A stretch of 64,000 bases of DNA, from the NCBI RefSeq assembly GCF_963921235.1, contig NC_086097.1:150352001-150416000 (forward strand). Direction: 5' to 3'. The DNA is from Mobula hypostoma (taxonomy: Eukaryota). Positions 37,273-49,399 of the stretch are shown one piece after another; within the stretch, counting starts at the first letter, position 1, and each line of letters begins with the position of its first letter. Under the pieces are notes generated by a model. That model had not been told where the DNA came from and did not search any database. It was given only the letters and a program-made list of their open reading frames with translations. The translations under genes and the position numbers were made by a program.

Positions 37273-40200
37273 TGTCACGGTCCCGATTGTTAATTCCCTA
37301 TCTTTCTCCTAATTTCCTTTGATTGTGCCATGGTTCCAACCATTAATTTCCCATTTCTTCTAATTCTCTTTGATGACGGCACACCTGGCTTCCGTCAAGA
37401 CCTGCAGCATAAGAACCCCGGCTTTAAACCACTAGTCGCTGGATCGTTGGTTTTGCCTGTGAGGTAATTAACGTTTCCCGGCCGCTTAGGACCATGTGTT
37501 CTAAGTTTTGCTCCAGTTTCAGGGTTTACCTATGTAACTCTGTCTCTCTGTGTCAAGGCTCCGTATCCAGATCCCTACTGTTTGCTGTTCAACGTTCACG
37601 TCCACGTAAGCATCCTAACTCAATCTCGTGCCTGTGCCTTGCACTTGGGTGCACTTCATTCGCTCATTGCAACAGAATGATCTGGCCACAAAGGACCCAG
37701 CAAACGCGAATACCCTGCAACAAACCCTGTCTGCTAACATAATGAAGATTGGTGACCAGGTGGACCGTGTATCCACTCATTTTACCCCATCCACTCCTGG
37801 AACTCTGTCTAACCAGTCCAGGCAGCCTGGTTCTGGCAATCCCCTACGTGCCAGCAACATCTCCGCCAAGAGAGCCGCACGTACCTGAACCAGAACACTA
37901 TGCTGGGGATTTGGGGAAGTGCCGGGCCTTCCTTCTGCAATGCTGCTTGGTGTTTGAACAGCAGTCATCCACGTACTCCACAGATAAGTCAAAGATAGCT
38001 TATATCATGGGGTTGTTGCGGGGAAGTGCCTTAGTGTGGGCTACAGCTGTATGGGATAATCAACCTGATATCTGCTCTTCTCTCCCCACCTTTATCGCGG
38101 AAATGAGAAAGATCTTTGACGACCCCATCCATGGTAAGGATACCGCTAAGCATCTACTCACTCTCCGTTAGGGCTCACACAGTGTTCCCAAATATTCTGT
38201 GGAGTTCCGGACGTTAGCGGCCAACTCAGGGTGGAACGATGAGGCACTCCAAGGGTTATTTCGGAATGGTCTCAACGACATGGTAAAGGACGAGTTGCCG
38301 GCAAGAGATGACACGGACAGCCTGGATTCCTTGATCTCCCTAGCCACCAGGTTGGACAATCATCTTCCATAGGGAAAGAACTGGCGCTCCACCACCTTTG
38401 GCCACTCCACGGCACTCATTACCATCTCCCACCAGACCAAGCCTCTCTTCTCCTCCTGCTCCTAGAATAGCTCCGAGCCCGGCCATTTCCACTGCCCCAG
38501 GAGAGGAACCCATGCAGCTGGGACGGAACCGCCTTTCCCCCACAGAACGACTCTGGAGATTGAGAGCGGAGGAGTGTCTCTATTGCGGCCAGTCCGGCCA
38601 CCTCCATGCTACCTGTTCCCTTCGGCCCAAAGGGAAGGCTCACCAGTAGAAAGGGGGACCCTGGTGAACCAGACAACATTCCCCTCCGTCCCCTGTGTTG
38701 TAGCATGGATGAAATCACTGGAGAGACAGAGTTCACTGGTAGATACAAAGCAGCTTCTTTATTCGACACAACAAGGTACAGCAGGCATCATACGGACGGA
38801 GACGCTTTCCGCAGAAAAGTCTGCTAGCTCAACGTGGGCTCGATATTTATATACTAAACACAAAGGCAATCGCCACTTAAAAAGTTATAGACAATGCATA
38901 GACAATGTTTTCTATTGAAGCTGCATACAAAATATCACACCATCCTTTCCTTCCGGTGCCAACATGTCTGGGTTGGTATCCACAGCCTTTAGGAATGCAA
39001 GTTAAGTCCACGATACATTTATCTGGCAATTGACATGCTAACATAGAAGACAATTAATATATATAATGTATAGATAATGCTGTCTTCGAAACTACAGCAT
39101 CAGGTCAAACTACTGCGCAGAAGCATCTGGTATTCACACCTTTTTAGGAAGCGCATTATTGTGGACTCAATCCACAGTACTTTGTCAAATAGAAGTCTGG
39201 TGGCCAAAGTCATTTAAGTGTAAACAAATGATCTACCCAAAAAAACTCACTCTATCAGTCCCTCCTCTTGGCCCTCCTGGACAAAAATTAAATTTGTATC
39301 AGGAAGGCCAACCTAGGAGGATCTGCTCAAGTAGGGCAGCAAAAGTGCCCTGTCTCGAAATCCCACTCCCCCAATTTTATGTACTGCTATCTATCCTAGC
39401 ATTACCTAATCGCTACCTACCAAATGGTAAGCAGAGAGGCTGTTCCAAGTCTTTAGGAAATGTGGCTCCTTTGGTGTGCCTGCTCTTTCCCTGCAGCTTA
39501 ATTACATTCTTTTGCTTTCAGCCCTTTATTCTCTGGTCTCTGAAACTCTCCTTCCAGGAGCACCCACAAGCACTCTCATCAATGTACAGGAAGGGGTTGT
39601 TATGGCCTCTACATAAATGTCTGCAAGGACCTCTCCCCAGTGGCACCCCCTTCCAAACTGTCCGGTCGATCACTGGCCCAGCTGCTGAAAAGGGCCCAGC
39701 TCCTCAGACTGGGGGTGATTGCTTTCAGATGTCGTGTGCAGTCTGAAATGCCATCAAACTGGTAGAACCTGCCTTCTCTGCTTTAACTCAAAATCCCTCC
39801 CCGTCTATTTCCCAATTTCTATACCATGTTATAAAATTAATCATCCACCTTCAGCAACCAGCCTTCTTTACAGAGTACCATCATCATCACACCTTAGCAG
39901 GCTATTCATGGTTTTCCAACATGTTCTCAGTGTCTTCTGCATTTGCGTTTTCTCCGGGTATGTTTTCATCAGCTGTGGTCAGGTCTGGCATGGCCAGCTG
40001 GTGTTCCTCTCTTTGGTTCTCTGTAATTACATGGTTACTGGGTACACTTGGTTCCCCACTCTGTCTGTGGGAGCAACAAGAGGGTGAGTTGTATGCTTTA
40101 ACCCGAGTCCAGTGTTTCCACTGGCTGCCTCGCCGAGTCTGTACACAGATACATGTATCATTGGTTAAGAGTACCATCTGTGGTCCTATCCACCTGGCCT

Positions 40201-43200
40201 TTCTGGCAGCACCCTCAACATAACTTGGTCGCCAGGCTGTGGAAAAACTATCCCCTTTCCCTCAGGCTCTTTCTGATCAGCGATTCACTGTTGTTGTTTC
40301 GCTCGGTCCTTTAATACTTTAAGTTGGTTACAAAGGTCTTCCACATATTGGGTCATTCTATCCCTGTAAGCCCCAGGTTCCCCGCAACCCGTAATTACCC
40401 CATGATATAACTTCAGTAGTATCTGTCTAATACAGGATGGGGCCACCGCGACTCTTTCCTCCCCATGTGCCCAACACCCATCCGATCCCTCCTTTGCTTC
40501 TTTCCTCCTCCATTTTTCCTTCTCTTCTGCCTCTACCTCTTCATATAATTTTACTGAGCTGGCTTCTGTCGTTTTCTCCTGCATACTTGCAATTTCAATT
40601 GCCTCTTGTTCCTCTGCTGCCTTATTCACTGTAATGTCTGCCTTCGGAGGAACCGGGAAAACTTTATGTTCTGGAGTGGCCGCAGTCTCTCTGGGTATCC
40701 CCTGGTGTTTTTGTTCCTTCACTATACCCTGAACACTGGTCAGTGTGTCAGTTTGTATAGGGTCCTGCTTAGGGGGTTTATACAGATCCTCCTCTATTTT
40801 AACTGGGTTTATCTTTACTCGACCACAATCTTGCTTGTGTGTAGCCCACACTGCTGGGAACTGCTGACAAGGTAACCCATGGACCCCATCCGGGCTCCAG
40901 TCTCTGGTAATCGGGGCAGCTGTGCCTATGCTAGGCAGGTTGTGTATTCTGTTGGTTGTATGCGTTCGCTGCCCCTGACTCGTCCATGTTATTTCTCCCT
41001 TTCCCGAATCTATAACAGCTCTTGCTTCCCTTAGGATGTCTATTCCAAGAAGCGTAACCTCATTATTTGGACATACCCAGAAATACACTGGAAGCTGCAC
41101 TCCCCCAATTTCTAGTATTTGCTTCTTGGTTCTTTCTGCTTTTACCGCCACAGCTGTAACATATCAACTCCTTCCCTGTCTTATACCTGGTCCGGTAGTC
41201 CTTTACTGGGTGCCCTGGCTGCTGGCAAGCAAAACAAACAGCAGCTGCTTCCACTATACCCACTTTATGATTCCTCTTGCCTTTTCTTTGGTCTATCTCA
41301 CTGGCCCATGAAACTATCGCAGAGTAGGTGGACCCTACCATTATGCCTAAATCTAAAACTTCCTGGTGGGCTGAGCTCAGGCCTTCCTTCAGCATTTTTA
41401 GGAAGACTTGGTCATCCCTCCCTGGATTATCCAACCCAGAATACTCCTTGTATGCTCGATACTTACGTTCTGCATAATCCATGGCTGTCTCATCAGCTTT
41501 TTGAATCACTGCCATTATCGTTCCCCAGCTACTCTCGCCCTCCCCCAGCCGCTGCCTCACTTCCCCTTTAAAAGAACGATATCTTTCTTCATTACTGGCA
41601 CTCCCGGTAGTTGCCCATGTACCATCCCGCACCCCCTGGGCCATCCTGTCCCACATATTCCTCAGGCACTTCGCTTTCACTAACACATGTATATCTTTAG
41701 GGTGCATCTGGTGAATTTCAACCATTTCCTTGAATTGCACCACAGGCGACTTTAAGTGAGGGCAACTTGGACAAAATGCTCTTTTTCTCCCCGGGGCTGA
41801 AGGGCTTATGAGTAGGTCAAGGGCTGGCTCGGATCATCAGGGTTCTCAGCCTGACATTGCCTGATCACAATAGGTGCCATTCTGGTAGATCTCTCTGGGT
41901 AAAACCTCTCCCTGAGATATCCCCACACTAATCCCCACACTACGCAAAATATAAAAGATGGTTACCAGTTAAACAGCACATAGTTAAAACCGCAGAGTAT
42001 GTATTCCACAATCTGCCACTTTTGAGTACTCGAACTCATGATGCCTGCAGTATTCCCTTGCATCACACTCGCAAACACATACACTAAAATGCAGCTTCCC
42101 GAACGAGTATACCCGCACCTACTCTGGCATCTCAAACCGTACTGTTGGTTACCACCTTTCGCAACTAGTGGTCTAAGTCTCACCAAGTTAACATGCAAAG
42201 ATTCCTCACGTACATAAACACACGTGCACATGCACACACTACTTTAATATCTACCAGCTCAGCTCTCCACGTTCACTGGAGAGACAGTCACTGGTAGATA
42301 CAAAGCGGCTTCCTTATTCGACACAACAAGGTACAGCAGGCGTCATATGGACGGAGACGCTTTCGGTAGAAAGGTCTGCTAGCCCAATGTGGCCTCGATG
42401 TTTATATGCTAAACACAAAGGCAATCGCTACTTAAAAAGTTATAGACAATGCATAGACAATGTTTCCTATTGAAGCCACATACAAAATATCACACCATCC
42501 TTTCCTTCTGACGCCAACATGTCTGGGTTGGTATCCACAGCCTTTAGGAATGCAAGTTAAGTCCACGATACACTTATTTGGCATTTCACATGCTAACATA
42601 GAAGACAATTAATATTTATAATGTATAGATAATACTGTCTTCGAAACTACAGCATCTGGTCAAACTACTGCGCCAGAAGCATCTGCTATTCACACCTTTT
42701 AAGGAAGCACATTGTTGTGGACTCAATCCACAGTACTTTGTCAAATAGAGATCTGGAGGCCAAAGTCATTTAAGTGTAAACGAATCAACTACCCAAAAAA
42801 AAACTCACTCTAACACCCCGAACCCGGATGCAGATCCAAGCTACTTTACGTTACCACCAACAATCCCTTCCTCTGTCAGATCTAATGGACTCTGGCGCTG
42901 AGGGAAACCTTCTGGATGAAAACATAGCTTCCCGGGCTGGAATTCCTTGGGAGCCGTTGAGTTCCCCTCTGGAAGCCCAGGCACTAGACGGTAGACTTCT
43001 GGCCCGAGTCACACACTGCACACCACCCCCGTCTCTTATTCTCTCCGGGAACCACTGGGAACAGGTATAAGTTAACCTAATTTCCTCTCTTCAAGCTCTT
43101 GCAGTTCTTGGGTACCCCTAGTTAAGCCGCCATAATCCCCACATTGACTGGTCCACCGGGAAGATAGTCAGCTGGAATCCGTTCTGTCACTCCACTTGTC

Positions 43201-44722
43201 TACAATTGGCCCTTTGCCGCGACCACGACCTTGTCTGCCGCTGAAACCCCCGACTTATCCAAGCTTCCAGCAGAGTATCACGATCTGGGAGAAGTGTTTA
43301 GCAAGCAATGGACCCTTTCCCTGCCTCCACACCGCCCTTACGATTGCACAATTGACCTTCTCCCCTGAGCCCCTCTACCCACCAGTCAGCTGTATAACCT
43401 GTCCCGGCCAGAAAGGGAAGCAATGGAGGCTTATCTAAATGACATTCTTGCGGCGGGCATTATTCAACCCTCATCTTCCCCTAGAGGTGCACGTTTCTTC
43501 TTTGTGGGGAAGAAAGACGGCTCACTGCACCCCTGCATTGACTACCAGGGCCTGAACAGCATCACCATAAAGAATACGTATCCCTTGCCCCTTATCAACT
43601 CTGCTTTCCAACCCCTTCGTGGAGCCACCATCTTCTCTAAGTTGGACCTACTAAGTGCCTACCACCTGATCAGGATAAGGGAGGGAGATGAGTGGAAAAC
43701 AGCTTTTACACCCATCTTGGTCACTTCAAATACCCGGTCACGCCATTCGGTCTCACGAATGTCCCCGTCGTCTTCCAAGCCCTGGTAAACGATGTCCTTA
43801 GGGACTTTATTAACTGTTTCATTTTTGTTCATTTGGATGATATCTTAATCTTCTCCTGCAGTCTTCAGGATCACATCCACCATGTCCATCAGGTTCTGCA
43901 AAGGCTTTGGGAGAACAAACTATTTGTTAAAAGTGAGAAGTGCGAGATTCATGTCCCTTCTGTCAGTTTCTTTGGATACATCATCGAGAGCGGGCAAGTG
44001 AGGGTGGATCCCGAAAAGATCCGCGTGGTGGTGGAGCAACCAAAACCGACGACACTCAAACAACTCCAGCGATTTCTGGGGTTTGCAAACTTCTACTGTC
44101 GCTTCATCATGGATTACAGCCCCTTACTCGACACTTGTCCTGTGACCCCTTTTCACTGGGACCCCGAAGCGGACTCAGCCTTCTCAGAGCTGAAGAGGCG
44201 TTTCACCTCCGCTCCCATCCTGGTCCAACCTGACCCCTCTCGCCAGTTCATAGTGGAAGTTGATGCCTCCGACTGTGGAGTGGGAGCGGTCCTCTCCCAA
44301 CACTCTGGCCCAGACCAAAAACGCCATCTTTGCGCCTTCTTTTCTCGCCAGCTAACCCTGCCGAACGGAACTATGACATAGGGAACTGGGAGTTACTGGC
44401 CATCAAACTCGCTTTGGAAAAGTGGAGGCACTGGCTGGAGGGAGCAGAACATCCATTCATTGTCTGGACAGATCACAAGAATCTCGCATACATCCAAACC
44501 GCCAAATGCCTGAATTCCCGCCAAGCCCGTTGGGCATTATTTTTCGGCTGTGTTAGATTCACACTCACCTATCGTCCGGGGTCGAAGAACGGGAAGCCCG
44601 ATGCTCTCTTCCGTCAATATGTCTCCGAGGAGGGCCTTCTCAACCCCAATACCATCCTTCCACCATCCTGTGTAGTGGCTGCCCTCACCTGGGAGATCGA
44701 ATTCATAGTCAAAGAGGCCCAC
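37273..44722 (+). mobile_element. Sushi/Tf1-group (PEG10/RTL1-like) Gypsy retrotransposon, degenerate and 3'-truncated
   Basis: 5' LTR 37273-37674. Gag has 'PEHYAGDLGKCRAFLLQC', 'EEPMQLG' and '[14 protein letters not shown]'. Pol has 'LMDSGAEGN', '[16 protein letters not shown]', 'HLDDILIFS', 'EVDASD' and 'WTDHKNL'. Confidence 0.92.
38694..42815 (-). mobile_element. Retrovirus-like LTR element, internally deleted (gag plus patchwork pol, no RT core, no recognisable env)
   Basis: LTRs at 38694-39257 and ~42274-42815, TSD CCCC, PPT AAGAGGAGGG (39260-39269). Gag 41063-41743 has an MHR-like motif and zinc-knuckle remnants. Confidence 0.8.
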
Positions 44723-45625
44723 CACTTTACAATACATAAAGCTCTAACTTCTTTATCCGAGTAGGTCTTTAACATCACTAAGTTCTTCTCTAATGGAATC
44801 TTAGCAGTCTGTTATTGTCAGCCTCTGGAATTATGGACAAAGCTGACATTTTCAGTTTTACATCTGACACATCTATTGTGATCCCGATGATTTTGTGATC
44901 TGCTAAAATTATACTATGCAGTTCTAGGCGTGACAGTTCACCTTTGTCAGACTCTAGCTTGTCTGATGCTGTTTTACATTTGGTAGCTTTATGCATTTGC
45001 TTAGTTTTGTGTTTGAGACTTTTCACTCGGTTGTGCTTTTCATCTGCCTTGCACAATCTCTCTATGTGACCTTGTTTGTGACACTTTCTGCAGACCTTTG
45101 AACCACCAGTTATTTGCATCATGGAGGATTTGCCACATCAATAACATCTTCTGGCTTTTTGCACCATTCAGGGACTTTTTCTGCATTTCACATTCTAACC
45201 TCCTTTTCTGTAGTTCTGCTACATCTTTTGCTGCAGTCTAATGATACTGCAATGGTCTATGCATGTTCTAAGGTTAGGTCTCTTTCTGCCAGTAGCCTCT
45301 TTTAAGTGCTTTGAGTATGCATACCACATACAAGCCTGCCTCTTAATGCATCAGAAAGCCCATCTCGAAAGTTACAGTGCTGGGAAATTCCAAGCAATTC
45401 TGCAATGTATTCAGAATGGCTTTCACTTTAACAGATTCCTTTTGTAAAATCTGAATATCTCAGCTAATATCAGCACTTTAGAGCGCAAGTAATTTTGTAA
45501 AATTGTAACAATTTCATTGAACATCTTGCTTACCGGCTTTTCAGGGGTTACTAAGTTACTAGGACACATTAAACAAAGAAGTGTAGGGGGTTTCTTTTGC
45601 TCCTCCACATTGTTTGTGTTATATA
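44723..45625 (-). mobile_element. Gypsy (Mag-like) gag-protease relic
   Basis: 'LVTPEKP...ILAEIFRFYKRN' and the CCHC motif 'CRKCHKQGHIERLC'. Confidence 0.65.
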
Positions 45626-46568
45626 TTGGGGTGGTAAATTGGATTAGTAAGTATGCAGATGATACTAAAATAGGTGGCATTGTGGATAATGAGGTAGGTT
45701 TTCAAAGCTTGCAGAGAGATTTAGGCCAGTTAGAAATGTGGGCTGAAAGATGGCAGATGGAGTTTAATGCTGAAAAATGTACATTTTGGTAGGACTAATC
45801 AAAATAGGACATACATGGTAAATGGTAGAGCATTGAAGAATGCTGTAGAATAGAGGGATCTAGAAATAATGGTGCATAGTTCCCTGAAGGTGGAATCTCA
45901 TGTGGATAGGGTGGTGAAGAAAACTTTTGGTATGCTGGCCTTTAAAAATCAGAGCATTGCGTATAGGAGTTGGGATGTAATGTTGAAATTGTATAAGGCA
46001 TTGGTAAGGCCAAATTTGGAGTATTGTGTACAGTTCTGGTCACCGAATTATAGGAAAGATGTTGATGAAATTGAGAGAGTACAGAGGAGGTTTACTAAAA
46101 TGTTGCCTGGGTTTCATCTCCTAAGTTACAGAGAAAGGTTGAACAAGTTGGGTCTTTATTCTTTGGAGCGTAGAAGGTTGAGAGGGGACTTGATAGAGGT
46201 GTTTAAAATTATGAGGGGGATTGATAGAGTTGACGTGGGTAGGCTTTTTCCATTGAGAGTGGGGGAACTTCAGACAAGAGGACATGAGTTGAGAGTTAAA
46301 TGGCAAAAGTTTAGGGGTAACATGAGGGGGAACTTCTTTACTCAGAGAGTGGTAGCTGTGTGGAACGAGCTCCCAGCAGAAGTGGTTGAGGCAGGTTTGA
46401 TGTTGCCGTTTAAAGTTAAATTGGATAGATATATGGACAGGAAGGGAATGGAGGGTTATGGACCGAGTGCAGGTCGGTGGGACTAGGTGAGAGTAGGAGT
46501 TCAGCATGGACTAGAAGGGCCGAGATGGCCTGTTTCTCTGCTGTAATTGTTATATGGTTATATGGTTG
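45626..46568 (+). mobile_element. CR1 LINE 3' end
   Basis: 'SKYADDTKIGG', ORF 45869-46486 with 'RRRLRGDLIEVFKI', and a TTATATGG tandem tail. Confidence 0.93.
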
Positions 46569-46803
46569 AAGTGTGAAATTATGCTCCTAGTAAGTCAAAT
46601 GCAGAGTATGCCTATCAACTTGGCAGTAATTATTGAAGCGATGGGATTCATTTAAAGCAAAACCTCCCTATGACTTTAATGCGGGATCACAAATGGTATG
46701 AGTGAAGGACGAAAAATTGCAGAAACATCCAGATGAAAGGACACAAATTCTACTCCTTTCTCTTCGAGAACTCATGAAGGGTCTCAGCCCAGAACATCAA
46801 CTA

Positions 46804-48054
46804 CACTGGACAACAAAAATGTTGATTCCTAAATATCTTTGGGTGCATCTTATAGATTTTGGGCTGTTGATCATGAAAATCACTGAGATTTCCCTATCAG
46901 GCACCGGTTTTTGAAATTGTCTATATGTTACTTCAATTCATAATTCGAGCCAAGATTGCATTTTGCTGGTCCACAAATCAAACAGGTCATCAATGACAGA
47001 CAAATCAAAGAACTTCTAGTGGGACCAGAGAAGAACACATGAAAGCCATTCAAGGATGTCACTGAAAATTTTTTTGACAGCTACTGAGCATCAAACTATG
47101 TGCAGCTGGCTGACATGCTTCAAACATACAAAACCATGAAGTGCAACATGTCACTATAGATTTATTTTCTGCTTTCCCATTTAGACTTCTTTCCTGCAAA
47201 CCTAGGCATTGTCAGTGATGAGCATGGTGAGAGGTTTCACCAGGACATTGCAGTCATGGAGAAACGGTATCAGGGCAACTGGAATCCATCAATGCTGGCC
47301 GATTATTGTTGGACACTTAAGTGAGAAGCTTCAAACACTCAGTACAAATGAAAATCATTAACAAAACATTTTTAGCTTATTTGAACTATTGAAAACTGTC
47401 GGCACCGTTATGCAATTAAACATGTTATGATCAATAAAAGTTAATTTTCTTGTTTCATCAAATTCCTACGATATACAGGAGTCTGAAATTATAGCCACAT
47501 CAAAGTTGCTGGTGAACGCAGCAGGCCAGGCAGCATCTCTAGGAAGAGGTACAGTCGACGTTTCAGGCCGAGACCTTTCGTCAGGACTAACTGAAGGAAG
47601 CCCACATGAAAGTTGCTGGTGTACGCAGCAGGCCAGGCAGCATCTCTAGGAAGAGGTACAGTCGACGTTTCAGGCCGTGACCCTTCGTCAGGACTAACTG
47701 AAGGAAGACACATCAAACTTGCTGGTGTACGCAGCAGGCCAGGCAGCATCTCTAGGAAGAGGTACAGTCAACGTTTCAGGCCAAGACCCTTCGTCAGGAC
47801 TAACTGAAGGAAGACACATCAAAGTTGCTGGTGAATGCAGCAAGCCAGGCAGCATCTCTAGGAAGAGGTACAGTCAACGTTTCAGGCCAAGACCCTTCGT
47901 CAGGACTAACTGAAGGAAGACATGAATTTCCAGCATCTGTAGAATTCCTGTTGTTTGCGTCTGAAATTATATTTGTGTTCAGTTTCAAGCTGTCTATCAT
48001 AAACAAAACAAAATACGGAGGAAGCAAAGGTTCCAAAAAAATTGTTGTCCGGTG
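46804..48054 (+). mobile_element. Chapaev3 (CMC) DNA transposon, internally deleted
   Basis: TIRs CACTGGACAACAA and TTGTTGTCCGGTG, 3-bp TSD CTA. Transposase C-terminus 'SHLDFFPANLGIVSDEHGERFHQDIAVMEKRYQGNWNPSMLADYCWTL' at ~47174-47320. Confidence 0.88.
47494..47958 (-). repeat. Four tandem 106-107-bp PLE pLTR units, each with a hammerhead motif, plus a short inverted end
   Basis: Units start at 47497, 47604, 47710 and 47816. Hammerheads lie at 47552-47589, 47659-47696, 47765-47802 and 47871-47908. 13-bp TSD GTCTGAAATTATA (47481-47493 and 47959-47971). Confidence 0.9.
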
Positions 48055-49399
48055 CTATTTATTCCTCTCCATAAATGCTGCCTGACTTGATGAATTCCTT
48101 CAGTGTTTTGTGTGTGTTGCTCAAGATTTCTAGCATCTACAGAATTTATTGTGTTTATGAAAGGATGCAAATGTTATTTACAGCATTTCTTTGTCAGGGC
48201 TCTTGCTCAATTGTTAGAGTGAGGAATGAGAGAACTTCCATGAAAATGTTGTGGTTTAGGCCTCCTCTACAAATCACACAGGTAGTGTCAGTTAGCAAGC
48301 TCTCAATAAGCAAACACAAGGCTTGATGGTAACTGGAGGAGTGCCAGGGGCACTAAACTCCAGCATCATGTATGAAGCAGAGGATTATCTTCAGCAGTTA
48401 AAAATTCTCCTTTTCCAAACAAGTTCATAGAAAGCTTACTCCCACATTTACCATTCAATGGACAACATCAAGTGTGAAAAATCTGCGTGCACTATCTCAG
48501 CTCTAGTTTATGAAGCAATACTTCAAAATTATAATTAGAAGAGTTTGAGTAAAATGAGTGAAGCAAACAATAGTAGAAATGAAGATGACCTAGTTGCAGG
48601 TTTCTGGGAGAAAGTAGCAGAAGCATCATATCTTATCAGGAACAGCAGGCTTTGTAGCAAATTCAATAATATTTTTCTGTTTGCTTCACTTTTGACATTG
48701 TCTTCTCATGACTAACTCCAAGACATTGTGTCTCTCAATCAAAGTCCAATTTACTGAAATCTCACCAAATACACATACCACTCCTCGTGGGATTTGGCAT
48801 GCATCAGACTAATTGTCAAATTAAATTTCTATTAGAGTTGGTTACTTCACACACTGACATATTTGCTCGGCTTTTCCTCCAGACCAAAACCTTCCAGCCA
48901 TATAACTTCCTTTCACATAATTGCATTGTTTCAAGAAAATGACATCCCATATGACAAAATGGGTAGAACCTGATCAGTTAATTCATCAAATCTTCCCAAA
49001 TGGCTGGCAAACTACTCAAAGGAGTCAATTCATTCATTTCAGTTGTTCTTTACTGAAGTCACTCTGTTGATTAATTAAACAGCTGTTTCAAGAGAAAGAC
49101 ATTCCGTTGTGTTAACTAGGAATTAGGTAATGAATACCAGACTAAAAATGTTCTCATCTCTTAAATTAATAATAATAAAAAAAACAGTTTGGCAAATTTT
49201 TGAAGTCTTGCCATAGATTTCTTACCCAGGCTGAGAAAAACTTCTTGGAATGTGGTACATGAAGACATTGGCTTGTGTGCTATTAGACAACTGAGTAGCC
49301 ATCTTTATCACAGGGCAGATGATGAAAGAGTCCCTGAGAAGAAACAACATAAAGATTAGATCCCAAGCCTTAGAACTGTATAGGAATATAAACACATTT

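Larger units (their letters stand above)
46770..48160 (+). mobile_element. Decayed PLE-derived short repeat split by the Chapaev3 insertion (46770-46803 and 48055-48160)
   Basis: The joined sequence 'ATGAAGGGTCTCAGCCC..CATCAACTA|TTTATTCCTCTCCATAAATGCTGCCTGAC' resembles 1851-1980. Confidence 0.65.

Noticed and set aside
39270..39900. env gene of the retrovirus-like element, or the 195-aa plus-strand ORF 39159-39746
   Set aside because: There is no long sense-strand ORF and no signal peptide, furin or transmembrane pattern. The plus ORF is antisense, starts within the LTR, and has no recognisable motif.
37690..44722. Domesticated PEG10/RTL1-type host gene
   Set aside because: It has an LTR, stops (e.g. 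38169-38171), frameshifts and a 4-kb insertion.
47494..47958. CRISPR-like or coding repeat
   Set aside because: The whole 106-bp unit repeats with no spacer, and the unit length is not a multiple of three.
49220..49285. Minus-strand exon candidate ending in GTAAG
   Set aside because: Weak acceptor, very short, and no recognisable peptide.
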